64,000 nt of DNA from Adineta vaga (Eukaryota; Animalia; Rotifera): the NCBI GenBank assembly GCA_021613535.1, contig CP075496.1, forward strand, positions 8,618,001-8,682,000, written 5' to 3'. The position numbers and the translations under genes were made by a program. Below, piece after piece: positions 49,898 through 60,989 of this stretch. Positions within the stretch are counted from its first letter, which is position 1. Each line of letters starts with the position of its first letter. Below the pieces are notes generated by a model. That model made no database searches. It was not told where the DNA came from and was given only the letters and a program-made list of their open reading frames with translations.

Positions 49898-50773
49898 ATG
49901 TACTTTTTCGTTCTTTTCGTATACTTGTTACCAGCTATTCGAGCACAACAATATCCATGCTCATGTTCATGTTGTAACACTTATATGTGTACACCTACAA
50001 CACAACCAATAACATATGTATCTACTTGTACATCAGAAGTATGTGCTGCTCAATGTCGCGCAATATATCCTCAATGTCAAGGAACTTATCCTAATACACA
50101 AGTAATAGCACAATGTGGTACAAGTTATATTCAATTATATAATTGCCGATGTGAATGCTGTAGTACTGGTTCTGCTACATGTACACCCTCGTACATTGGT
50201 ACTAGTGTTGCTTATACATGTCAACCAGGTGCATGTAGTATTTCATGTTCTCGTCAATATCCAAGTCAATGTATATCAAATGAAAATGGACAAACCCAAG
50301 GAACATGTACCGGTCTCATAACTACAACGTCAACAACTACTACCATTGGCCCTTGGCTAGGTAATACATGTTCCTGTATGTGCTGTCAAACAGGTTCTTA
50401 TTGTACAACAACAAATGTTGGAATTACATCTGCATCTCAATGTTCGACAACAGCTTGTACACAAGCATGTCAAATTCGTTATCCAAGTGTATGTCCATCA
50501 ATCTATTCTCTTGGTCAAACAAGTGGAACATGTACAAGTGGTTCAAATAGTGGAAATACGCGTTGTGCCTGTCGTTGCTGTGGATCAGATGGTTGTTTGA
50601 ATTATGATATACGTACAAATGAAGTTTGTACAACATGTAATTCATTATGTCAATCACAAACACAATGTCGAAATTCTTATCAAGTTACTTATACATGTTA
50701 TTTAAATGATGCCAAGAGATTACATTCAAAATTTATCTTTATTTTAATTCTTACTTTTTTTTCATTATTTTAA
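49898..50773 (+). CDS. Secreted or surface-anchored Cys/Thr-rich protein with four CxCxCC-initiated repeats
   Basis: Signal peptide; repeats begin CSCSCC, CRCECC, CSCMCC and CACRCC; hydrophobic C-terminus FIFILILTFFSLF. Confidence 0.8.
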   Translation: MYFFVLFVYLLPAIRAQQYPCSCSCCNTYMCTPTTQPITYVSTCTSEVCAAQCRAIYPQCQGTYPNTQVIAQCGTSYIQLYNCRCECCSTGSATCTPSYIGTSVAYTCQPGACSISCSRQYPSQCISNENGQTQGTCTGLITTTSTTTTIGPWLGNTCSCMCCQTGSYCTTTNVGITSASQCSTTACTQACQIRYPSVCPSIYSLGQTSGTCTSGSNSGNTRCACRCCGSDGCLNYDIRTNEVCTTCNSLCQSQTQCRNSYQVTYTCYLNDAKRLHSKFIFILILTFFSLF

Positions 50774-50791
50774 ATGGAAAAAAATTCTATT

Positions 50792-51175
50792 CTATGAATA
50801 TCGAAATAATTCTGGTGAATTATTTAATGAATGTTTTGATTCTTTTCTTTTCGATGTTAAACTACTTTTTGTTTTACAAGTATATAATTGTGTTTCTGCA
50901 TTGGATTCTAAACTAATGAATGAAGATCGTTTCAAATCGATTGCTTCTTGATCGTTGGGAAGTTTTGCATGAAGATAATACGTAAAATAGACAAAAATAC
51001 AGTAACTAACACCAATAAATAATGAAATCAATATTAAAGTTATAAATAAAGAAATAAGAATTTTATTTCGATTTGTATTTGCATATTTTGTAGTTGAAGT
51101 TATTTGTTGAATGCGTATAATGATATTCTCTGTTGTTTGTTCTGCTTGAGATGTTACAGAAGAAGTATCTGCCAT
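50792..51175 (-). CDS. Small single-pass membrane protein, hypothetical
   Basis: MADTSSVTSQ start and one long hydrophobic segment; convergent with the preceding gene. Confidence 0.45.
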   Translation of the reverse strand: MADTSSVTSQAEQTTENIIIRIQQITSTTKYANTNRNKILISLFITLILISLFIGVSYCIFVYFTYYLHAKLPNDQEAIDLKRSSFISLESNAETQLYTCKTKSSLTSKRKESKHSLNNSPELFRYS

Positions 51176-51608
51176 TGTTGTCTTTATATATATAGGAGTT
51201 GAGTTGGTTCTTTTTTCTACTGACGACTCCGGCTTATCAAATCGTACCAAAGCTAGTGCACCAAAATGTGACATATTCAAAGATAAAATACGTCATCAAA
51301 TTCTTGGATCAATATGTATGAAAAGAAAACAAATTCTAAGAATTATTGAATTTCTCTAGATACAAAAAAAAAATTTTCAGTTTCGTTGCATCTAGGCAAC
51401 AAGAAAATGACTTGAAAAGTTCATTCATGCATCTAAGTGCATATTTATCTATTTTTAATAACAGAAAAGAAACCGTGTCAGTCAACATATCATCTATTCA
51501 ATTACCTTGCTGACGTCAATTCTAACTATTACTTAAACATCACGTCATGCAAATCTTCGAAAGATTATCTCTCATTATCAATAATTATTCCATATACATT
51601 GATTTTAT

Positions 51609-54386
51609 TTATAGAAGAACACAAACTGTACTTTTTGAAATAGATTTTCCTGGTGAAATTTGTTTTTCCATAATCGGTAAACTTAATGATGCTTTTAAAT
51701 TAGTTGGAACTTCTTTCAATCGATCGGATACTTGTTGATCACTGTGATTTTCGTTCGCATTTGCCGATGTTGTATGTACCATATCTTTCAAATCAAAAAT
51801 TTCTTGTTGAATATTTTTTACATCTGTATGTTCTTGTCCACAATTAGCTTGAAGAATATTTAAACTTTGATGAAAATAATGTAATGCATCATTTGGTTTA
51901 TTCATTGCACGATAGAGACGTGCTAAACCTCGTAAAGTATAAGCAATTTCATTATGATTTGATGATAATGTTGAACGTCGAAGATTTAATAATTTCATTT
52001 GACAAATTAATGCTCGATCAAACATTCTACATTTCCAATAGAAATTTGTCATTGGTGAAAGACATGTTTGAAGGATTTCTTCATTTTTTTTACTTTCAAG
52101 TATAGTCAATGCATGTTGATAATGTTGATCAGCTTGTTTAGGATTTTCATCTTCATACATTGTTGCAATTGATACGAGAATTCGTGCAACACGAGGATGA
52201 TTTTCATAATCATTACCAAGAATTGTTTTTAGATATGATAATTTCTTTTCACATAATTCAATTGCTTTATTCGATTGATCTACTTTCTTCAAAATATTAA
52301 TTATTAAATCAAAATGGATCATTAAATTCGGATGATTAAATGGTAAACATAATTCTTCCATATCAAATTGTTGTTGATAATTTTCCAATGCTAAATCTAA
52401 TTGATTCATTTTCTCATAAATATCACCTATATCACCATAACAAATGGCAATATCGATATGATTTAGATTAGATAAAAGATTCTGACGAATTTGCAATGTA
52501 TGATTAAACGAATTCAAAGCATTTTGCCATTCTAGTTTATCACGATAAATCAAACCAATATAACGAAATGTAATCGCTTTATGTAAATGATCGTATGGAT
52601 AAGCTATTTCTTGAATAGTTAAAGCTTGTCGAAAATAATTTAACGCTTGATTAAGATCATTTTTATCATGATAAATACTTCCAAGATGATTCAATGAATT
52701 CGCAAGTATTGGATGATCTTTTGAAAGATTATCAACACGTATATCATAAGCTAATGTTAAATAACTAAGAGCTGTTTCAAAATCATTCTTATCTTTATAT
52801 GATAGAGCAAGATTAGAAATTGTATCAGCTCGTTGAAGTTGATGTTTTATTTTTGAACATTTCGTTTCATAGATGTACAATGCTTGTCCATAAAAATCAA
52901 TAGCACGATCAAGATTATTCATATGTTTATAAACAGTACCGATATGATTTAATAAGCAAGCAATATGAATATAATCATTTGGAAGATGTTTTTGACGGAA
53001 ATTCAAAGCATATTGGTATTTATTCAATGCTAAATTATATTCTCCCATTTGATCATACGTATTACCTAATTCAACATAAATATCTGGAATATCCATATGA
53101 TCACTTGGTAAGGATTTTGATAGAATTTGAAAATAAGCTTTTGCTTGCGCTATTTGATTTAAATCATTCCATAGTAAATGACCAAAATAAATCATTGAAT
53201 TAGGATAATCCAGTTCTTTTTGAAGCATTTTTAAATATTCATTCACATGTTGTCGTCCATCAAGACTCGTAATGAATTTCATATGCCAATGATTATTGAT
53301 TATATCATATTCTATGGATTCTATTTTAAATAGAGAATTCATATTCAAAAGAATTTCTAATTGATCAGATGAAGAATTCAACAATGAAATATCCACAAAA
53401 GTAACGACATTACTCGACGAATCAATATGAATTTCTAACAGGACATTTTCTTTAGTTGTTAATGATTGTTGAAAGATTGACAACGCTTTTATTTTATCAC
53501 GTGATGCTAATAAAAATCCATCGATTGAAATAAAACAACCAATATTGTCTTTCAATTTAGTAATTTCGTCTTTGAATATCAATTGTTTTCGATAGATAAT
53601 GATCGATTCTTGTTTATGTAGATTTGCATATTCTTTTTCAATCGATGTATGTAAATCAATGATACACAATCGAAATGAAGAGAGAAATTCAATATCTTGA
53701 GTACGTAATGCATGATTGAGTAATTTATATAGAAAAGAATCTTTAATTAACCATTGTATTGCTTGTTCAGAAGTATAATTTAAACGAAAGATTTCAATTT
53801 TATCTAATTCATCACGATTTCGTCGATAATAATGTGAAAATTTATGTAAGATTTCTTCGCGTCGAAATTCATTTTGAGGAATTTGTTTGAGAATATTAAT
53901 TAACATTTGATACCAAAGAAATGAAGCTGATTCTTTTGTTAAATATTGTCTTTGAGAATCGAATAGATGATAAATGAATATTTGTTTTTCAATCAAATCA
54001 ATTTTGTCTTCAATCGATCGACATAATTCATCTTCATTAGCATATATATCAATGATTTTTGGATATTGAATTTTGAAATCTGTATCGATCTGTTGTTGAT
54101 GATTATCATAAATAAAAATAGCCAAAATCGATCGTAATGAATGAGTAATATCAAGAATATCAACGAATGAGAGATTTGAAATGATAAAAAAGATTTCTTC
54201 ATTCGAAATTGATTTGAGAACATTGATACATACTTGAATATCTGTATAGAATTGTGTTGCTGAATTCATTTCGAAGAATTTCATTTGTAAATCTAACATT
54301 GGCTCTGTTTTATCCAAATAAATTAAACGTATATTTTCTCTATTTATGGTTAGTTCATTGAAATGACGATTAATATTTTTAGCCAT
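51609..54386 (-). CDS. Degenerate ART domain + TPR-repeat protein with C-terminal CaaX box
   Basis: 925-aa intronless ORF. DSFLYKLLNHALRTQD, IYRKQ, GFLLAS and LEILL form an ART-like domain, followed by many TPRs (HPILANSLNHLGSIY). Ends CVLL*. Confidence 0.9.
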   Translation of the reverse strand: MAKNINRHFNELTINRENIRLIYLDKTEPMLDLQMKFFEMNSATQFYTDIQVCINVLKSISNEEIFFIISNLSFVDILDITHSLRSILAIFIYDNHQQQIDTDFKIQYPKIIDIYANEDELCRSIEDKIDLIEKQIFIYHLFDSQRQYLTKESASFLWYQMLINILKQIPQNEFRREEILHKFSHYYRRNRDELDKIEIFRLNYTSEQAIQWLIKDSFLYKLLNHALRTQDIEFLSSFRLCIIDLHTSIEKEYANLHKQESIIIYRKQLIFKDEITKLKDNIGCFISIDGFLLASRDKIKALSIFQQSLTTKENVLLEIHIDSSSNVVTFVDISLLNSSSDQLEILLNMNSLFKIESIEYDIINNHWHMKFITSLDGRQHVNEYLKMLQKELDYPNSMIYFGHLLWNDLNQIAQAKAYFQILSKSLPSDHMDIPDIYVELGNTYDQMGEYNLALNKYQYALNFRQKHLPNDYIHIACLLNHIGTVYKHMNNLDRAIDFYGQALYIYETKCSKIKHQLQRADTISNLALSYKDKNDFETALSYLTLAYDIRVDNLSKDHPILANSLNHLGSIYHDKNDLNQALNYFRQALTIQEIAYPYDHLHKAITFRYIGLIYRDKLEWQNALNSFNHTLQIRQNLLSNLNHIDIAICYGDIGDIYEKMNQLDLALENYQQQFDMEELCLPFNHPNLMIHFDLIINILKKVDQSNKAIELCEKKLSYLKTILGNDYENHPRVARILVSIATMYEDENPKQADQHYQHALTILESKKNEEILQTCLSPMTNFYWKCRMFDRALICQMKLLNLRRSTLSSNHNEIAYTLRGLARLYRAMNKPNDALHYFHQSLNILQANCGQEHTDVKNIQQEIFDLKDMVHTTSANANENHSDQQVSDRLKEVPTNLKASLSLPIMEKQISPGKSISKSTVCVLL

Positions 54387-55249
54387 TGATGTTGAATCGT
54401 TTTTTGAAGTTCAACAGAGTATCTATGTAATTATCATCTAACTGCCGGAGGATTTTTTTTCTTTACAGGAAGACAACTAATTCTCTTTTTTTTTCTCGGT
54501 CAGAAAAAGAAAAAAAAAGATGAAGGTGTTTCTTTTCATAAGTAAATCCATTCGATGACATTCTTAGAAAAATAAGATTATCTCGAAATAAGCTGCTATT
54601 CAATAGTAGGGATATATTTTATATAAAAAAAGAAATCTATGTCATCTGGTGTATATGTAAATTTATTTCATATGAAAATAGTTTGAATACGAAATGAACT
54701 TATATTAAATAAGAAGGAGAAAAACAATTGAACTAAAGAATATGAGTAAGATTTGTCAAGGTTAGTAGTTTTAATGATAATGAAAAGATTTACGGTTGGT
54801 TTACATTATATGTAATTTCATTCGCATTAGCATAGATAGTTCGGTGTAATATCTACTGAGTAATTACCTATCTTGTTTTTCACTCAATTTTTATAAAATA
54901 CACAGTCTGTGAAAAAGAAGATGTTCTGTGATTAATTCGATAAGAAATACATTATTTAGAAATTATTACACATTGCTTTTTAATTTAATAATTATATCTA
55001 CATTTTTAGAACTGTAATTATTAGTTCTATTCCTATGAAACTATAGAAACAAATAATAAGTCAATAATTACCATGTATTATTTTTTTGTTCTTATTGAAC
55101 ATCGTTTACTTTTGATAAACATTAGACAGTTATAACATGCTGTGAGCAATGTTAATTTATTTATAAATAGTAATGAGTGTATTGAATTTATTCAAACTCT
55201 TCATGCTCCCCCTTAGCCAACATATTGTACTTTGTATACATTACATGGT

Positions 55250-56395
55250 CCAAATTGATTCATTGTTTATATTTTGTACTGATGATTGACTTGAAATAAA
55301 AGGTATTTGTGAGGTACTCGAAGCACCAGTTCGTTTAGTGGAACATAATATTACGCCAACAAACTTTGCATCATCTGAAAATCAATTAGATCAACTTGAT
55401 TCATCTTTTATGTATACTCAAATAATCAAAGAAATATTCTCACACAGATGATGGGATACTTTATCAGAGATCTGCATAAGCATATCGCTCATTTATATAT
55501 GAAAAATTTGTGAATGCATTTTTCAATAAAAATTTTCAAGTCTACCGTGGACAAGATTTACCGAATATTGATTTTGAAGAATTGAAAAATAATCAAGGTG
55601 GTCTACTGTCATTCAATAATTTCTTATCAACCAGTCACAATCAACCATATTATTTGCATCGGTTAACAACGTAAGTACTTAGTAAAAAGAAAAAAAAAAT
55701 TCTATTTTTCTTGCATTCAGTATTTCGTATTAATGGTATTCAAATAATGCCTGAAAACGAACATCTCTACAAAGTCTATTTAACACTAACCGACGATGAT
55801 AATCCTGAGTTACAGAATTTGACTCATTTTATTCGATAAGAAAGTCATTCAGATAAAGAAGGATGATATAGATTAGGTGAAATTTTATTGAATTCATAAG
55901 AAATCGTTGACTTTTTATCAACAAATGACATCTTTCAATCATCTTGATCTAGGTAGTACATATGATCGTATGGTTTCTATACAAAAGCACTCTTAGCTCA
56001 TCACCTCTGAATCATTCTGCTTTAGAAAAAAACTCTCAACAATACTACTGCTCTAATTAGTATATTATAACATGAGCGATTATGTTAATTCACTTGTATA
56101 TTTTGAAAAAGCGATTACAATTCTACAACAATCTCTTCCTTCGAATCCTTCAGACATGGCAGGTTTATATTTTAATTTTGGGTTCGCAATCACTTTGTCG
56201 TTATCATTCGGATGTAGTTCTTTCCAATTACTAGACTGCTTATATGTATGGCAAAGTACATGAGGTATTTAAGAGCTCGAATATTTCTTGAACATGCCAT
56301 AGAAATTGCAAAACATTCATTATCAGCAAATTATTCAACTTTTCAGGATTCAAGAGCATATCTAAAATATATAGACGATCATTATTTGCATTGAT
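55250..56395 (+). pseudogene. ART-TPR pseudogene
   Basis: Fragments LDSSFMYTQIIKEI, MGYFIRDLH, VYRGQ, GGLLSFNNFLSTS and TPR YFEKAITILQQSLP, with many stops, frameshifts and deletions. Confidence 0.8.
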
Positions 56396-56587
56396 GACTT
56401 CTTTTCAAATAGGAATAGAATCTTTCAGTCAGTTATGTTTTTTGACGATGAAAACAGATTTTTCATTTATCTACTGAAGTTTCTCAATCATGCGTAAGAA
56501 AAACGAAGCAGAATACAATAAAACGGAACTTTTCGATTGTTTTAGAAGAGTCTTATGGACAAACAGATGAGAAGTAAATGAACGAAG

Positions 56588-57274
56588 TCAATCACTGATA
56601 TTCGGTTCCAAAATCAACATTTTATCAGAATTAGAAAGAATAATCGTATATTTATTTAATAATTCAGTTCCAATAATTCCTTTCGTTTGACCCATCTCTA
56701 ATAGTATATTAATAGACGATGGTAATGAGCCAAATGTCAATGTTTCCGTATTTCCATTCATAATAACTTCGATTTTATAAACATTGGTTTTGTAGATACC
56801 TATCGTAGGATAGAAATCTTCCATTTCACCAACTGAAGTACCAACAAGGAGATCATCACTTAGATATGATAGTTTAGCACCAGTATCGAAAATGATACGT
56901 TGATCTACCTGACCAACATTCAACTTAATAATCGGAATAGTCATTATTGTATCAATTATTGGCAGTTTAATAGCTAGTTCAGTATAAGGAATCGATGTAT
57001 CAGAAAAATGAATATCATTTTGAGTAAATTGAATATCGAAATGTTTAAGAATATCCATACCAATCAATCCATCAAATTTTAATCCGCTGAGTGAACAAAG
57101 CGTGTCAATCGTAGTCCCTGGGCCATCATCTCTGATTGGAAAATTCTTTCCATTAATATAGATATTTGTTTTATGTCCAAATGATTTTGGAGAACCAGTA
57201 TCAATGAGATAATCGAACTGATCAATACTAGCAATGATATGACCTTGTAAAAATTGGATAGGATATGTACTCAT
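56588..57274 (-). CDS. Two-domain retropepsin-like aspartyl protease, bacterial type
   Basis: LIDTGS...DGLIGMDIL and IFDTGA...GIIGTELL form two complete retropepsin lobes; intronless. Confidence 0.85.
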   Translation of the reverse strand: MSTYPIQFLQGHIIASIDQFDYLIDTGSPKSFGHKTNIYINGKNFPIRDDGPGTTIDTLCSLSGLKFDGLIGMDILKHFDIQFTQNDIHFSDTSIPYTELAIKLPIIDTIMTIPIIKLNVGQVDQRIIFDTGAKLSYLSDDLLVGTSVGEMEDFYPTIGIYKTNVYKIEVIMNGNTETLTFGSLPSSINILLEMGQTKGIIGTELLNKYTIILSNSDKMLILEPNISD

Positions 57275-57636
57275 CCTGTATAGGTTTTGCCGTCTTATTT
57301 TGTAATTTCGATTTTTGCACATACAGCGACAAATATATGTTGTGAAATATATATGTGCATTTTTATTATTCTTACGAAATTTCTTTTATGAGTCATGTGG
57401 TTGCAATGTATACCTACCGAGTCTACCGATTCTATAAAGTTTAATTTAAAATATTATCGATGTTCAGATGTCGTTGATATATGAATATGTATGCATCTGT
57501 TTATCGATACTTTCAAGGTTTATGAAAAGAAAAAGTATTCATCTTTACACGTTTGTATTTGTTAAATTTCAAGGTTAAAAAATTCTTGTACAATTTTTTT
57601 ATAAAAAAGAATATACAATTGTGCCACTGTCTAACT

Positions 57637-59839
57637 TTACCAAAATGCTTGAATCTGAGAGAGTTTTTTACATTTTGTTTCAGGCATCTAAAATAAAGAT
57701 AGAAAGTCTATTAGAATACTATTGAAAATAATAAGAAATATATTTACTTTATACCACAAAAGAATAAAAGCTAATAAGCAGCAAACACAAAAAATAAGAA
57801 ACACATAACCATGAAAAATGGATTTTAATATTGGAAAGAAAACTGTAACTACTACATAAATCAAATATATACTTGAATCTTTATTCTATAATCAAGAAAA
57901 TGAATATACACTTACATGTATTACATAGCCAACTAGCAAACATCGATGCTGAAAGTGCTATTGGTCGCATATCAATTGAGAAGACTTCATTTGGATAAAC
58001 GTAAGGTATAGGTCCAAGTCCCACAGCAAATATAGCAATAAAGATTAACATAAATACTAAAGCCGCTATTGCTAAAATAGTCTCTTTGCTAAATAATTTA
58101 CAGAATAGAAAGAAAAAAGAAAGCATACATGTATGTGTTTCGACAAAGATACAAAGTAGAATCATAATGAATGCGATCATACCAAGTGAGCAAAGAATTA
58201 ATAAACGACGACCAAATGATTCAACTAATTTAACAGCTGCAGTAGTAGCCACCAAATTGATTAAACCAGTTGAGATTACACTCCAATAGAATCTATCTTC
58301 TACAAAACCAAGTGTCGATAACGTTTCACTTGAATAGAAAAATACCTATGTAGTAAATTAATGAATAGCAATGATTAATTTCTTTTCGTTCTAATCAATC
58401 CTTACAGTATTGATACCAGACAATTGTTGAATGGCATTCAAAGCTATACTTGTTAATAATGGCCAACGAAAACGTGTTGATGTACACATAGTATATATCG
58501 ATAATTCTGTGTTACAACAGTAGCTTCTTGTCGTTCGATTTCATCAAGTTCAGCTTCAATTAGATTACTTTTTCGAAGAAGACGAAGTGACGCTGCGGCT
58601 TCATTTCGTTCACGTTCTTGAACAAGCCATCGTGGACTTTCAGGTAATGTCCAAATAAGAAAACATCCGGCCAATGAAAATAAACCAGCCCATGACATAC
58701 CCCAATTCCATTTACTAGACATTATATGAATATAATTATACCATTAGATCTTGAAAACTAATCACTTACTCATGCTGACCAAGAAGCCATGGTATTCCAA
58801 TAATTTGTCCGACGAGTACACCAATAACTATAAACAATTGATGAAATGTTACAATCTTACCGCGCATAGTTCTTGGACTGATATCCATTAGATAGATTGT
58901 TGATACTACACAACACATACCTAGATCATCCATAAAGTATCAGTAGATATTGTCTTGAAAATGAAAAAGCATTTTTCAAAATTCTATTTGTATATATTTA
59001 CCAGCAGAAAATCCAGAGAGAAAACGTGATATATAAAGAAGACCAATAGCAATCTCTTTATTTTCGAATGTTTTTATAATCGTTCTTCTATCAGGATCAT
59101 TTGTATATCCATAATAAATATACAATGGAATAATCATAAGAATAGATGCTAACAATTGGATGATCATGCTGGCAAATATAGCATTTCTTCTATAAATCAA
59201 TTGAAGAGTTATCAATTTATTTACAAAAGCAAATGTCTTCAATCTATTTATACCTTGTTAAAAATATATACCAATATTTTGCCGTCATACCTCCAACAGT
59301 ACCACCAAGAACAAAACAAACTGTATGGATCGCATCGATAAACTGTTGCCAAACTTGCTCTTTCACTGGTATCATTGGCAAATAATAATAACCATAAGTC
59401 TTATTGAAACGTGAAATATTCTTATAATCACAATTCCACCATACTCGTGCAATCCATTGTGCTGTATCATCACTTTTTTGACACGGAAATGGATATCCTC
59501 TTGTCCATGGAATAATAAACTTAAAGAATTCATTCTATTATCAATAAAAACCAACTATGAAACATTTAAACTAACCGAATTATATACATTAGGTCCTCCA
59601 ATATTAACACCCATAACAAAACTTGTTGATAAGGTCACAATCAGTACTGCCCATATTAATGATGATGTCCATTTCTTCAATAAAAAAAACATGATTTAAA
59701 ATCAATATTTATTTCGTATAGTTCTGTAACAAACTTGCTGATCGTTAAAGAATTGAATATTATCAGGAACTGTTCCAAGATGTATTGTCAATGTTCGTAT
59801 TTGACTATCCGGTATACCAATAGTTGATGGATTTGACAT
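57637..59839 (-). CDS. MFS sugar porter (GLUT/SLC2A-like); multi-exon, frameshift at ~58513
   Basis: SRFLSG, DISPRTMRG..FHQLFIVIG, LPESPRWL, QQLSGIN, FGRRLL, GLGPIPY, MPETK. Confidence 0.9.
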
Positions 59840-60989
59840 TTTTCGTATAAATTCTGATAACTAATTAAATAGAAGGATTTAACAAAAATGAAGATTTTTC
59901 AAGTATGAAATAAGTGTTATAAATTAACATAAAAATAAAATATTCTATAAATAAATACTCTTCATATTCTTTCCTAAGTAACCTACAAATATTCTAAAGA
60001 GTTTTTCTAATTTTTATTCCAAGTTAAAGTGCTACTTAGCAATTAGAGCAGTCGACTATCAAACAGACAAAACTTTCTTTTCCGGACTAGCCTATAAAAT
60101 TAATTTTAATGTTATTAAAAGAGAAAAAACATTGCAACATATCCTTCGGCACGCCCCTCACGATTTTGTTCTAGTTATCAACTCTTTCATTATTGTTAGA
60201 TATGCGACACATTTTTCAATTCAATTAAAACTACTTCAAAAGACCAAAGCTATGAAATCGTAGAAGAATTTATCATGCAAAGAAAAAATTCTAAGGCAGA
60301 ATTATCACGGCAGTAGCTCTAACGAATCTTGTATTATATTACCAGAATAGAACTATATTCATTAAGACGCCTATTTTTCTCCAACTAATTCTAAAAGATA
60401 ATCTTGTATGATAGGTTGCTTGTACCTAGATATACTTATGAAGTGAACTAGTGAGTTTTCTAACGTGTATGGAAGTAAATTATTATCACAATTATATTTT
60501 CTTGATGGATATCAAAATTAACGACGTTTTCCTAAAGTATTATATTATAATCTTTTTTTACACGTGATTAATTGTCATATCTTTGATTATTTAATCGAAT
60601 ATCACGCGAAGATTGTAGGAATTGTTAAAATAGAAGAATACTTTATCAAGAATCTGTTCGTAATTTACCTGTATGTCTGAAGGTGTCTGCATGTTCATCA
60701 ACAAGTGATTTTTCCAATGAACTCATTCTAATATCCTCTTCCACACCCACACTGACGTGTTTGAAATTCGATCTTTTGTTCTACTTTACTACTCTCTGAG
60801 ATGATGACAAAGGATCGGAAAAGAACACAAAGCAAGAAATGTCTATATCAACACAACTAAGAAAGTAATTATCTTATACTATAGTCGACTTCTTTCTTCA
60901 ATTGATCAATGAACATTTCTTTCAAAAAATAGATATTGCTTGATTACAATCAAATTTTTATATACAGAAAAAGAAACAGACATAATAAA

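Noticed and set aside
56588-57322. LTR retrotransposon protease
   Set aside because: It has two fused lobes and no gag/RT/integrase or LTRs in the vicinity.
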